In this document: positions 6,462 to 14,784 of the stretch, piece by piece
Position numbering within the stretch: position 1 is the first letter of the stretch
Layout of the letters: each line of letters opens with the position of its first letter
Source of the DNA: Candidatus Nanoarchaeia archaeon
Lineage (GTDB): Archaea > Nanobdellota > Nanobdellia > SCGC-AAA011-G17 > GW2011-AR18
Reading direction: 5' to 3'
Length of the DNA: 21,073 nucleotides
Assembly: GCA_041648255.1 (NCBI GenBank)
Contig: JBAZPJ010000006.1
Span: 1-21,073 of the forward strand
Notes under the pieces: model-generated
What the model was told of the DNA's origin: nothing
Database searches by the model: none
The model's input: only the letters and a program-made list of their open reading frames with translations
Translations under genes and position numbers: made by a program

Positions 6462-7229
6462 ATGAACTCTCAATCCAAAACTTCAACAACCTTATTGGAA
6501 TTTGATAATGTTCTTTCTACTTACCAATCCCCTTTTCATGGACTAAAAGCTTTGTCTCCTTACGTGCATTGGTTTCCCCTTCAACGCTCCGTTGCTCTTG
6601 CAGGAATTATTGCAGACTTGATGGGTGACGGACATTTACAGGACTCTCCTAAATTAAGACTAGATTATACTTCCAAACATATAATAGAGCTTCAACGCTT
6701 TAATCAACAGCTTTCCTTTTTATTCAATATTCAAGGAAAAGTCAGAGATTGTACCACAAATCGTTACGGTACTAAAAACTTGGGAGTCAATAATAAACCA
6801 CTTGCTCGAACTCTCAAACTATTGGGCGTTCCAACTGGGAGGAAAGTCATAACTCCGTTTTTTATTCCAGAATGGATCTTAACAGACAAACTCTACTTTG
6901 CTCGTTTTGTAAATCGATTATTTTCTTGTGAAGCTACCGTGGATCCAGCTTCAAAGGCTATTGAAATTCAAATGTATAAATCTTTAGAAATGGTTGAAGA
7001 TGGTATCACCTTTTTTAATCAACTGAAGGAAGGTTTAGAAAATCATTTTGGGATTATTACTAGCCGACCCTTTCTAGAAAGCCGTATCTTTTTAAGATCA
7101 GATGGTACTAGAACTCGTGCTATTCGCCTAAAGATTAAGAAAAAAGACTCCCTTCAACGATTTAAAGAGTTCATTTCTTTTGATGATAAGGATAAACTTC
7201 ATCGCTTGATTGCTATAACCACAACCTAA
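6462..7229 (+). CDS. LAGLIDADG-family endonuclease-like protein, free-standing, divergent from tRNA-Phe
   Basis: Motif 1 is LAGIIADLMGDGHL. The second motif, FVNRLFSCEATV, is degenerate (Glu at the acidic position). TATA-like TTTTAATA lies about 26 nt upstream of the ATG. It shares no obvious close similarity with the 5292 gene outside the motifs. Confidence 0.7.
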   Translation: MNSQSKTSTTLLEFDNVLSTYQSPFHGLKALSPYVHWFPLQRSVALAGIIADLMGDGHLQDSPKLRLDYTSKHIIELQRFNQQLSFLFNIQGKVRDCTTNRYGTKNLGVNNKPLARTLKLLGVPTGRKVITPFFIPEWILTDKLYFARFVNRLFSCEATVDPASKAIEIQMYKSLEMVEDGITFFNQLKEGLENHFGIITSRPFLESRIFLRSDGTRTRAIRLKIKKKDSLQRFKEFISFDDKDKLHRLIAITTT

Positions 7230-7264
7230 ATCTATTTATTTGAGCGCTTCTTTCTTGTATTCCT

Positions 7265-7990
7265 ATGAAAAAAGTTCTTGTTGGATGCACCATTGCAGAC
7301 ATCAAAGCCTACTGCTTACAAGAATACCTTGAAGGATTAAAGAAATTAGACTATAAACGCTTTGATATTTTATTAGCAGATAACTCAAAAACAGATGACT
7401 TTTGTAAACAAATTAATGAACTCGGAATTACATGCGTCAAGACAGAACACACAGAAAGCATTGCACAGAATATTGTCATTGGGATGAATTATTTACGCGA
7501 CTATGTATTAAAAAACGATTATGATTATTTATTCTGCTTGCAATCAGATGTCATTCCTCCTGCAAATATTATTCAATTACTTCTAGAAGCAAATAAAGAT
7601 ATTGTCACAGGCGTAGCATCACACTTACTTGTCAAAGATGGAGAAGCAAAAGAAATTGCACTACTGGGCATTGAAGATAAAGAACATCCTGGAAACTATA
7701 CTTACTTAAATTACAAAAGCACAAAACAATACAAAGGATTATTATCCGTAGACTTCTGTGCAATGACTTGCATTTTACTCTCAAGAAAAGCATTAGAACA
7801 GATTACTTTTAGATATGAAACTAAAGACGGCCAAGTTATTCCAGAAGACATGTGCTTTTGTAAAGATGCAAAAAAACTAGGATTTGAAATCACTGCTCAA
7901 CTTGAAGCGCAATGCCAACATCTTTTCTACGGCGGATACTCTGTAACCCTGGGTGATACTACGGGAATAAGTAAAGTAAAGAAAGAATAA
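7265..7990 (+). CDS. putative GT-A fold (family 2-like) glycosyltransferase
   Basis: Rossmann-like N-terminus (KVLVGCTI...FDILLADNSKTDD), an acidic motif (CLQSDVIPP) and a later ED-containing segment (PEDMCFCKDAKKLGF). This pattern is typical of small nucleotide-sugar transferases. The assignment comes from motif resemblance only. Confidence 0.45.
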   Translation: MKKVLVGCTIADIKAYCLQEYLEGLKKLDYKRFDILLADNSKTDDFCKQINELGITCVKTEHTESIAQNIVIGMNYLRDYVLKNDYDYLFCLQSDVIPPANIIQLLLEANKDIVTGVASHLLVKDGEAKEIALLGIEDKEHPGNYTYLNYKSTKQYKGLLSVDFCAMTCILLSRKALEQITFRYETKDGQVIPEDMCFCKDAKKLGFEITAQLEAQCQHLFYGGYSVTLGDTTGISKVKKE

Positions 7991-8031
7991 AAAAAGCAAC
8001 CTTTATTATCCCTTTCAAAAACCTTAGAACC

Positions 8032-10389
8032 ATGGATGAATATAATTTCAAAACCCTAGAAAAGAAATGGCAAAACTATTGGGAAAAAGAACACATTTAC
8101 CAATTCGATCCTCACAGCAAGAAAAAAAGCTATTCTGTAGACACACCTCCCCCAACAGTCTCAGGAAAAATGCACATTGGACACGCATTCTCTTACAGTC
8201 AACAAGATTACTTTATCCGCTACCACCGCATGAAAGGAGAAAACATCTTCTATCCCTTTGGCACAGACGATAACGGACTACCTACTGAACGACTTGTTGA
8301 AAAATTAAAAAATGTAAAATCTACAAAAATGGATCGACAAGCATTCATTCAACTTTGTAATACTACTTTAAAAGAAATCGTTCCAGACTTTATCCAAGGC
8401 TGGAAAAACATTGGCATCAGCTGTGATTGGACCACACTCTATTCTACTATTAATCCTTACTCTATTAAAACTTCACAAGCATCATTCTTAGATTTACATA
8501 AGAAAGATCTCGTCTATCAACAAGAAGCGCCAGTTATTTGGTGTGTCCAATGCCAAACAGCAATCGCACAAGCAGAACTTGAAGATGCAGAATTAGATTC
8601 GACATTTAATGATGTACAATTTGGATTAAATAATGGAGAAAAAATAACGATTGCAACAACAAGGCCCGAATTACTCGCTGCATGTGTTATGGTCTTTGTT
8701 CATCCACAAGATAAACGTTATAATCGCTTAATTGGAAAACAAGCAATTGTTCCACTCTTTAATCAAGAAGTTCCTATTTACGCAGATGAATCAGTAGAAA
8801 TAGAAAAAGGGACAGGGATACTCATGGTCTGTAGTTATGGGGATAAAAAAGATGTAGAAGCAATTAAAAAAAGAAAAATTGCTCCAAGAATCATCTTCAC
8901 TCGAGATGGAAAACTCAACGAATTCGGACAAGCATTTTCCGGATTAACAATTAAAGAAGCGAGAAAAGCAATTTTAGAAAAACTAGAACAAGAAAAACTA
9001 CTCGTAGCAAAAAAACAAATCAAACATACTGTCAACGTCCATGAACGATGCAAAACAGAAATTGAATTCCTCGCCACAAAACAATGGTTCATCAAAGTCT
9101 TAGAAAATAAAGAAACATTCTTAGAAGCTGGAAAGAAAATAAACTGGTATCCGGAATTTATGCGCACTAGATACGAAAACTGGGTCAAAGGATTAGAATG
9201 GGACTGGTGCATCTCAAGACAACGCCACTTCGGAGTATCCTTCCCGGTTTGGCACTGTAAAAAATGTACCTCTATCGTTGTTGCAGACAAAAAACAATTA
9301 CCTGTGGATCCACTCAAAGACAACCCTCTAAAAAAATGCAAGTGCGGATCAAACGAATTCGAACCAGAAACAGATGTTATGGACACATGGGCAACAAGTT
9401 CAGTCACACCACAAATTGCATTGAACTGGGTAGACAACGAAACCCATTTTAAAAAAATGTATCCAATGAGCTTACGCGTACAAGCGCATGATATTATTTC
9501 AACATGGGCAACCTATACAATTATCAAAGGCATTTATCATCATAAAAAAATTCCTTGGAAAAACATTGTGATCTCTGGACACATGCTGGACAGTCACGGA
9601 AGAAAAATGTCCAAAAGCTTAGGAAATGTTATTGAACCACAAGTAGTGTTAGATAAATACGGTGCGGATGCATGGAGATATTTAGCAGCAGGATCAAAAC
9701 TGGGAGAAAATATTCCTTATCAAGAAAAAGATTTACAAACAGGAAAAAGAACAATCACTAAACTCTGGAACGCAGCTAAATTCTGCGCAATCCATTTAGA
9801 GAATTATAAACCTAAAAAAGTAGAATTAGAACCTTTTGATAAATGGATTTTAACAAAACTGAACACCTTAATTAAAAACGCAACAACTTCCTTTGAAAAC
9901 TATGAATATTCAAAAGTACGCGCAGAAACAGACGAATTCTTCTGGAAAGTACTCTGTGACAATTACTTAGAAATTGTAAAAGACAGACTCTACAATCCGG
10001 ATCGACGCGGACAGCAAGCAAAAGAAAGCGCACAATATACACTCTATCATTCACTCTTGACTGTTGTTAAACTCTTCGCACCAATCATGCCCCATGTTAC
10101 AGAAGAAATCTATCACGAACTTTTCAAAGAAGGAAAGAGCATTCACTTAAGCACTTGGCCAGAACAACACCATGAATGGAACGATAAAAAATTAGAAAAA
10201 ATTGGAGATAAAGCAATAGAAATCATTTCTTTAGTACGACAAGAAAAAACAAAATCACAAAAATCATTAAAAGAACCTGTCAAGAATTTAACACTTCCAA
10301 ACGCATTAAAAGTAATTGAACAAGACTTGAAAGCAGTTTCTCAAGCCCAAACAATTAAGTACGGAAAACAACTCTCAATAGAACTATGA
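8032..10389 (+). CDS. valS: valyl-tRNA synthetase (archaeal type, compact at 785 aa)
   Basis: DTPPPTVSGKMHIGHAFSYSQQDYFIRYHRMKG..FGTDDNGLPTE carries the class I HIGH motif in ValRS context. CP1 editing-domain motifs TTRPELL and GTGILMVCSYGDKKD. Cys clusters CVQCQT and CKKC...CKCG. KMSKS present (GRKMSKSLGN). The TGA stop overlaps the aRF1 start (ATGA). Confidence 0.95.
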   Translation: MDEYNFKTLEKKWQNYWEKEHIYQFDPHSKKKSYSVDTPPPTVSGKMHIGHAFSYSQQDYFIRYHRMKGENIFYPFGTDDNGLPTERLVEKLKNVKSTKMDRQAFIQLCNTTLKEIVPDFIQGWKNIGISCDWTTLYSTINPYSIKTSQASFLDLHKKDLVYQQEAPVIWCVQCQTAIAQAELEDAELDSTFNDVQFGLNNGEKITIATTRPELLAACVMVFVHPQDKRYNRLIGKQAIVPLFNQEVPIYADESVEIEKGTGILMVCSYGDKKDVEAIKKRKIAPRIIFTRDGKLNEFGQAFSGLTIKEARKAILEKLEQEKLLVAKKQIKHTVNVHERCKTEIEFLATKQWFIKVLENKETFLEAGKKINWYPEFMRTRYENWVKGLEWDWCISRQRHFGVSFPVWHCKKCTSIVVADKKQLPVDPLKDNPLKKCKCGSNEFEPETDVMDTWATSSVTPQIALNWVDNETHFKKMYPMSLRVQAHDIISTWATYTIIKGIYHHKKIPWKNIVISGHMLDSHGRKMSKSLGNVIEPQVVLDKYGADAWRYLAAGSKLGENIPYQEKDLQTGKRTITKLWNAAKFCAIHLENYKPKKVELEPFDKWILTKLNTLIKNATTSFENYEYSKVRAETDEFFWKVLCDNYLEIVKDRLYNPDRRGQQAKESAQYTLYHSLLTVVKLFAPIMPHVTEEIYHELFKEGKSIHLSTWPEQHHEWNDKKLEKIGDKAIEIISLVRQEKTKSQKSLKEPVKNLTLPNALKVIEQDLKAVSQAQTIKYGKQLSIEL

Positions 10390-11474
10390 TCGAGAAATTT
10401 AAACTCAAAAAGTTCATCAACGAACTCAAAAGCATTCGAGGAAGACATACCGAACTTGTGACAGTTTACATTCCGGCAGGATATGATATCATCAAAATTA
10501 TTGGTCACTTAGCACAAGAACAAGGAACAGCATCCAATATTAAAGATAAAACAACACGAACAAATGTTGTTGACTCACTCGAACGAATGATCAGACATCT
10601 TAGATTGTTTAAAGCAACACCTGTAAACGGCCTAGCAATCTTTTCTGGAAACACCGCAAGCCAAGAAGGAAAACAAGATCTTAAAGTCTGGAGCTTAGAA
10701 CCACCCGCTCCCTTGAATATCCGTATGTACCGATGCGATCAAACATTTATCACAGAACCCTTAGAAGAAATGTTAGAATACAAAGAAACCTACGGCTTAA
10801 TTGCAATGGATAACCGAGAAGGAACAGTTGGATTACTTAAAGGAAAATCAATTTCTGTTATCAAAGATATGACTTCAGCAGTGCCCGGTAAAACGAGGGC
10901 TGGAGGACAATCGAGTGTTAGATTTGCACGCCTACGAGAAATAGCAGCAGGAGAATTTTATGATAGAATAGCAGAAATTGCAAACAAAGAATTCTTAGCC
11001 ATGGGGAAAAACTTGAAAGGGCTTTTAATTGGCGGACCAGGGATGACCAAAGACACGTTCATCAGCGGCGCCTATTTGAATAATGAATTAAAAAGAAAAA
11101 TCGTTGCTGTCAGAGATTTAAGTTATACTGGAGACTTCGGATTAAAAGAATTAGTAGAAAAAAGTCAAGACGCACTCGCACAAGAAGAAATTATTAAAGA
11201 GAAAAAAATCATGCAAGAATTCTTCAGACTCTTAGCAACAAACTCAGATAAAGTCGTCTATGGAAAAGCAGACGTAGAAAAAGCACTTACTCTAGGAGCA
11301 GCAGACAAGATCTTATTATCAGAAGAATACAAAGAAGCAGAAAAAATAGAAGAACAAGCAGCAACCATGAGTACTGTTGTTGTCTATATCTCAACAGAAA
11401 CAGAAGAAGGAGCACAACTTCGCGACTTAGGTGGAATCGCAGGATTATTAAGATATTCAATAGAACATATGTAA
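10386..11474 (+). CDS. prf1: peptide chain release factor aRF1 (compact at 362 aa)
   Basis: GGQ motif (TRAGGQSSVRFARLRE). YxCxxxF motif (YRCDQTF). The NIKS-loop equivalent reads TASNIKDKTTR. The GGQ rules out Pelota. The start overlaps the valS stop by 4 nt. Confidence 0.92.
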   Translation: MIEKFKLKKFINELKSIRGRHTELVTVYIPAGYDIIKIIGHLAQEQGTASNIKDKTTRTNVVDSLERMIRHLRLFKATPVNGLAIFSGNTASQEGKQDLKVWSLEPPAPLNIRMYRCDQTFITEPLEEMLEYKETYGLIAMDNREGTVGLLKGKSISVIKDMTSAVPGKTRAGGQSSVRFARLREIAAGEFYDRIAEIANKEFLAMGKNLKGLLIGGPGMTKDTFISGAYLNNELKRKIVAVRDLSYTGDFGLKELVEKSQDALAQEEIIKEKKIMQEFFRLLATNSDKVVYGKADVEKALTLGAADKILLSEEYKEAEKIEEQAATMSTVVVYISTETEEGAQLRDLGGIAGLLRYSIEHM

Positions 11475-11537
11475 TTAATCTTCGTCCCCCCCCGTGATGT
11501 TACAACTTTAAATAACTGTTTATAATAAATATTGTTA

Positions 11538-12329
11538 ATGAAAATTCAAGACGTAAAAACTTCCAAAGGAATCACAGGCGGAATATTAATTCTTTTAATC
11601 GGCTTAGTTGTTTTCACAACTGCACTTGCAGGATCAATCACTGGATTTAGCATTTTTTCAAATAGAGATAATCAAGTTACTGGACAACAAATCGATGGAA
11701 TCGCTCCTAGTTGCACAACGAATGCGCAATGCCCTTCAACACAATATTGTCGTGCTTCTACTAGTTATGGCGGAGCCAGATGTGCTCTTAGACGTACCAA
11801 TGGATTATCCTGCACTGTCAGCGATCAATGTTCTTCTAACGTCTGCAATAATGGACGTTGTGCCTCTCTACCAACTACTCCAACTACTACCTCTCCCGTT
11901 TTTAATGGAAAAAGTTGTTATGAAGTTTCCCTTCTTACACATCGAGGTGTTGCACAAATTCCAACTCTTTCTCCACCAAACTCATATTATTATTTTAATC
12001 CCACTAGTACCCCTGAGAGCGTTTGTAGAGCAATTGGTACAACTCCTCCTACTCTTACTATCGGACAATATTCTTGCACAAGTGTATCGAATGAAGTTAC
12101 CCAAAACTATTACCAATCTACAGATAGATCCTGCACAATTCATCAACTCAATACTACAACCTCTGTTCCCGAGGCTGGCGTAGACCCTAATAATATCTGT
12201 AGTAGACCTCTTAACTCTCCATTTACCTCTTTCCTATGTTCTTCTAGTGTAGGTTCGACTGTTGCCGAACCAATAGCTGGTGACACGAACACAGTTACCC
12301 GAATGGCTTCAGTACTCTGCTGCCGATAA
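11538..12329 (+). CDS. Cys-rich secreted or surface protein with an N-terminal hydrophobic anchor (possibly a class III signal)
   Basis: The ORF track starts at TTG 11532; ATG 11538 is more likely. The N-terminus MKIQDVKTSKG|ITGGILILLIGLVVF resembles a prepilin-like signal. About 20 Cys, Thr/Ser/Pro-rich linkers, repeated C..C....C patterns. Confidence 0.5.
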   Translation: MKIQDVKTSKGITGGILILLIGLVVFTTALAGSITGFSIFSNRDNQVTGQQIDGIAPSCTTNAQCPSTQYCRASTSYGGARCALRRTNGLSCTVSDQCSSNVCNNGRCASLPTTPTTTSPVFNGKSCYEVSLLTHRGVAQIPTLSPPNSYYYFNPTSTPESVCRAIGTTPPTLTIGQYSCTSVSNEVTQNYYQSTDRSCTIHQLNTTTSVPEAGVDPNNICSRPLNSPFTSFLCSSSVGSTVAEPIAGDTNTVTRMASVLCCR

Positions 12330-12451
12330 AACTTTTTTATCTTTTTCTAAAACATTTTCAATAAAACAGGTTCAACAATAAAATTAAGCTTAACTATAAT
12401 AAAGAACTTCATGCGAACGGCTTCTTTCATTTCATACTCATAAAAATAGAA

Positions 12452-12976
12452 TTATTCTTCCAGCATTAGAACTATTTTAGCTACAAACTTAGTTGCATTG
12501 TTAAAAATTTCTTCTAATCTTCTCTGCGTGTACGTTTGAACTGCGGAGTATCTTGCAATGTGACTTTCTTTTTTTGCGTCTTCAAAGTAATGGACGTATT
12601 CGTCTTCGAAGATTTTGTGAGCTTGATTAAGAATTTCCAAATCCTCTTTTTCCAGCTGATTGGGAACAAGCAAGTGTCCCAGAGCGATTTGTACTGCATC
12701 GTGATCCGAGACTTCATATCCTTTAGAGAGAATAGTTGCCTTAGCTGCGTAAAGCATCGCATAATAAGAAACAGTTATTGCCCAATAATCCCAATACATC
12801 CGCTGTGGCTGATCTTTATTTGGTTTAATTTCCTTTAAGTGTTTAGCAATGAGGAGACTATTCTCTCCCTTTTTGAGAAAAAGTTTTATCTTAAAGAACT
12901 CTTTGGACATTCTTATTCTTCTTTCTGCAGCATATTGTTCAAAAATTAATTTGTATGTTTTTTTGTCAAACGGCAT
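12452..12976 (-). CDS. HEPN domain protein (partner of the upstream nucleotidyltransferase)
   Basis: Helical 174-aa protein with the HEPN (PF05168-like) pattern: LLIAKHL..., YYAMLYAAKATILSKGYEVSDHDAV and a late ...SHIARY motif. Its start overlaps the end of the MNT gene by 11 nt. I see no canonical Rx4-6H motif. Confidence 0.7.
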   Translation of the reverse strand: MPFDKKTYKLIFEQYAAERRIRMSKEFFKIKLFLKKGENSLLIAKHLKEIKPNKDQPQRMYWDYWAITVSYYAMLYAAKATILSKGYEVSDHDAVQIALGHLLVPNQLEKEDLEILNQAHKIFEDEYVHYFEDAKKESHIARYSAVQTYTQRRLEEIFNNATKFVAKIVLMLEE

Positions 12977-13538
12977 TGAGCACCAGTTCCCAAAATTGCT
13001 CTGGATTATTTAAAATAATATGATCCTTTAACGCTTGTTTGCCCACATTTTCTTCTTTATCTTTAAGCATCTCTTTAAACTCTTTTGAAGTAATAAACAT
13101 GGGGTTTATCTTTTTCTTGAAGAGGAGTTCGTATTTTGAAAAGGAGAGATCCCTTTGTCCATTCTTATTTATAATCAATAAATCTATATCGCTCTTGCCT
13201 GTTTCTTTTCCTTTAGCATAACTTCCAAAAAGAAGAACAATATCCTCAGTGTTTAATTCTCTGCTGATTTTATTGAGGATTGGCTGTTTTTTAAGAAATT
13301 CTTTCTTTTCTTCATCTGAAGAGATCGTAAGATGTGCTTTCACAATTGATATTTTAATGTTAAGGCTGAGTACTTTTGATTTTCCCACATTTTCAATAAC
13401 TAAAAGATCTTTGATTACTTCTATAGTTCTGTAAAAAGAAGCATAAGGGATATGCAACATTTGACTTAATTCATGCATCGTATATTTCTCTCTACTATGT
13501 TTTCCAAGATAGTTAATTATCTTTAATGCGTTATCCAT
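12966..13538 (-). CDS. winged-HTH fused to a minimal nucleotidyltransferase (MNT, Pol-beta superfamily)
   Basis: The NTase signature LLFGSYAKGKETGKSDIDLLI fits GSxxxGx(n)SDxD. The N-terminal ~60 aa (ALKIINYLGKHSREKYTMHELSQMLHIPYASFYRTIEVIKDL) look like a wHTH. Confidence 0.85.
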   Translation of the reverse strand: MDNALKIINYLGKHSREKYTMHELSQMLHIPYASFYRTIEVIKDLLVIENVGKSKVLSLNIKISIVKAHLTISSDEEKKEFLKKQPILNKISRELNTEDIVLLFGSYAKGKETGKSDIDLLIINKNGQRDLSFSKYELLFKKKINPMFITSKEFKEMLKDKEENVGKQALKDHIILNNPEQFWELVLNAV

Positions 13539-13572
13539 AATTGGATAATATTATCCACTTTTGATATATAAA
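13531..13572 (-). promoter_or_regulatory. promoter and palindromic operator candidate for the wHTH-MNT/HEPN operon
   Basis: Perfect 16-bp palindrome TGGATAATATTATCCA at 13542-13557. A third half-site, TTATCCA, lies at 13531-13537 and overlaps the ATG. TATA box (minus strand TTTATATA, about 13564-13572) lies about 27-34 nt upstream of the ATG, so the palindrome sits between TATA and the presumed leaderless start. Confidence 0.5.
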
Positions 13573-13622
13573 GCTTTCCTTGGTGTGGATTCTGTTTTAA
13601 GATATTTAATAGAACATATGGA

Positions 13623-14153
13623 TTAATCAGCAGAATAATGATACGTAGCTTCTAACACTTTTCTTACCTTCCCTACGAGGGTCGGATCAATACTATCGCC
13701 TTCTAACTTTACATGACAAATTATTCCAATATCCCACTTTGAGGCCCGCCTATTCTCCCAGAAGGAGGTGCTGCATCTTCGTAATTACTTACCTTCAACT
13801 CAAGCCCAGCTGCGTTTCTTAAAAAATAAGCTTCTACTTCTTCTTCAGCTATTAAAGGAAACAGCGTCTCAAATGGAACAGTAGCTTCTCTGTGCACTCT
13901 CCTTCCATTCCCTCTTTGCTGAACATACTTCGCTTCTTTTTCAGAATACCTTGGTTCAATATTAATTCCCTCTTTTCCTAAATTTCTTATCAAAAAACTA
14001 ATTGGTGGATTATTGATTGTACTTCCTCTTATATCACTTCCCGAAGGCTGATAATAATGGTGAGTAACTTTAATTTCTTCTGTGAATTTTCCCTTACTTC
14101 TTTTTCTTTTAACAATTATATAAACATTTATTCACTTCAAACTCTATTTTCAT
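13623..14153 (-). pseudogene. possible frameshifted or decayed gene of unknown function
   Basis: The open frame 13721-14131 has no ATG, GTG or TTG before TTG 13993. An ATG at 14153 with an upstream TATA-like TTTAAAAG opens a 14-codon ORF in a neighbouring frame. Downstream of the TAA at 13721, another frame stays open to 13623 (..KWDIGIICHVKLEGDSIDPTLVGKVRKVLEATYHYSAD). Two frameshifts would join the three pieces into about 175 codons. Confidence 0.3.
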
Positions 14154-14214
14154 TAAATTTCTTTAGAAAACACTTCAATAAAACTTTTAAACTCGACTAT
14201 CGACAATTAAGACT

Positions 14215-14784
14215 ATGCAAGCAGAAAAAAACAAGGTGGAAGCAGTCTTATTCACCACCGGAAGATTCCTCTCAATCGAAGAAATAGGGAAAATGGCTGG
14301 AATCGGCTCAATAGGCATCTTAAAGGATTTATTACAAGAACTTAAGAAAGACTATACCCAAAAGGACTCTGCGCTAGAAATTATTGACCAAGGAGAGAAA
14401 TGGAAATTAAATCTCAAAAAAGACTATCTCTATGTGTCTGAGAGCCTTCTTAGTGACTGTGAACTAGATCGACCCACCCAAGAAACTTTAGCAATCATCG
14501 CCTACAAAAATCCCATCTTTCAAAATGACTTAGTTAAGATACGTGGCACAACTGCTTATGACCACGTCAAACTTTTAAAAGAATTAGACTTCGTTGTTTC
14601 AGAACCATCCGGACGAACAAGAATCTTAAAAGTAACAAATAAATTTTATGATTACTTTGACGTTGTAGAAGACCAACTAAAAACTAAATTTGCAGCACTA
14701 CCGCAAGAACAACAAACCCTAGCACTAGACCCACCTCAACAAGAACAACCACCAGAAGAAGACCATGAACACCAAACGCCTTAG
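14215..14784 (+). CDS. scpB: segregation and condensation protein B (ScpB)
   Basis: Two wHTH repeats typical of ScpB: KVEAVLFTTGRFLSIEEIGKMAG and RPTQETLAIIAYKNPIFQNDLVKIRGTTAYDHVKLLKELDFV...GRTRILKVTNKFYDYF. TATA-like CTTTTAAAC lies about 25-30 nt upstream. Confidence 0.85.
   Translation: MQAEKNKVEAVLFTTGRFLSIEEIGKMAGIGSIGILKDLLQELKKDYTQKDSALEIIDQGEKWKLNLKKDYLYVSESLLSDCELDRPTQETLAIIAYKNPIFQNDLVKIRGTTAYDHVKLLKELDFVVSEPSGRTRILKVTNKFYDYFDVVEDQLKTKFAALPQEQQTLALDPPQQEQPPEEDHEHQTP

Noticed and set aside
5292-7229. An rRNA-intron or intein context for the two LAGLIDADG genes.
   Set aside because: Flanking sequence is AT-rich spacer with TATA-like promoters, and I see no rRNA-like conserved segments. 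Neither ORF is embedded in a host protein reading frame with intein splice motifs.
10386-11474. Stop-codon reassignment implied by the NIKD variant of aRF1.
   Set aside because: All three stop codons terminate confident genes in this window: TGA ends valS, the MNT gene and the 19556 GT-C gene; TAG ends scpB and the GT2 gene; TAA ends prf1 and many others. No confident ORF needs an in-frame stop to be read through.
13623-14153. Assigning the decayed ORF to a Holliday-junction-resolvase-like PD-(D/E)xK nuclease, based on KRSKGKFTEE...PSGSD...IEPR resemblance.
   Set aside because: Motif spacing does not fit Hjc, and the putative catalytic positions are not conserved. The resemblance is too weak without a profile search.
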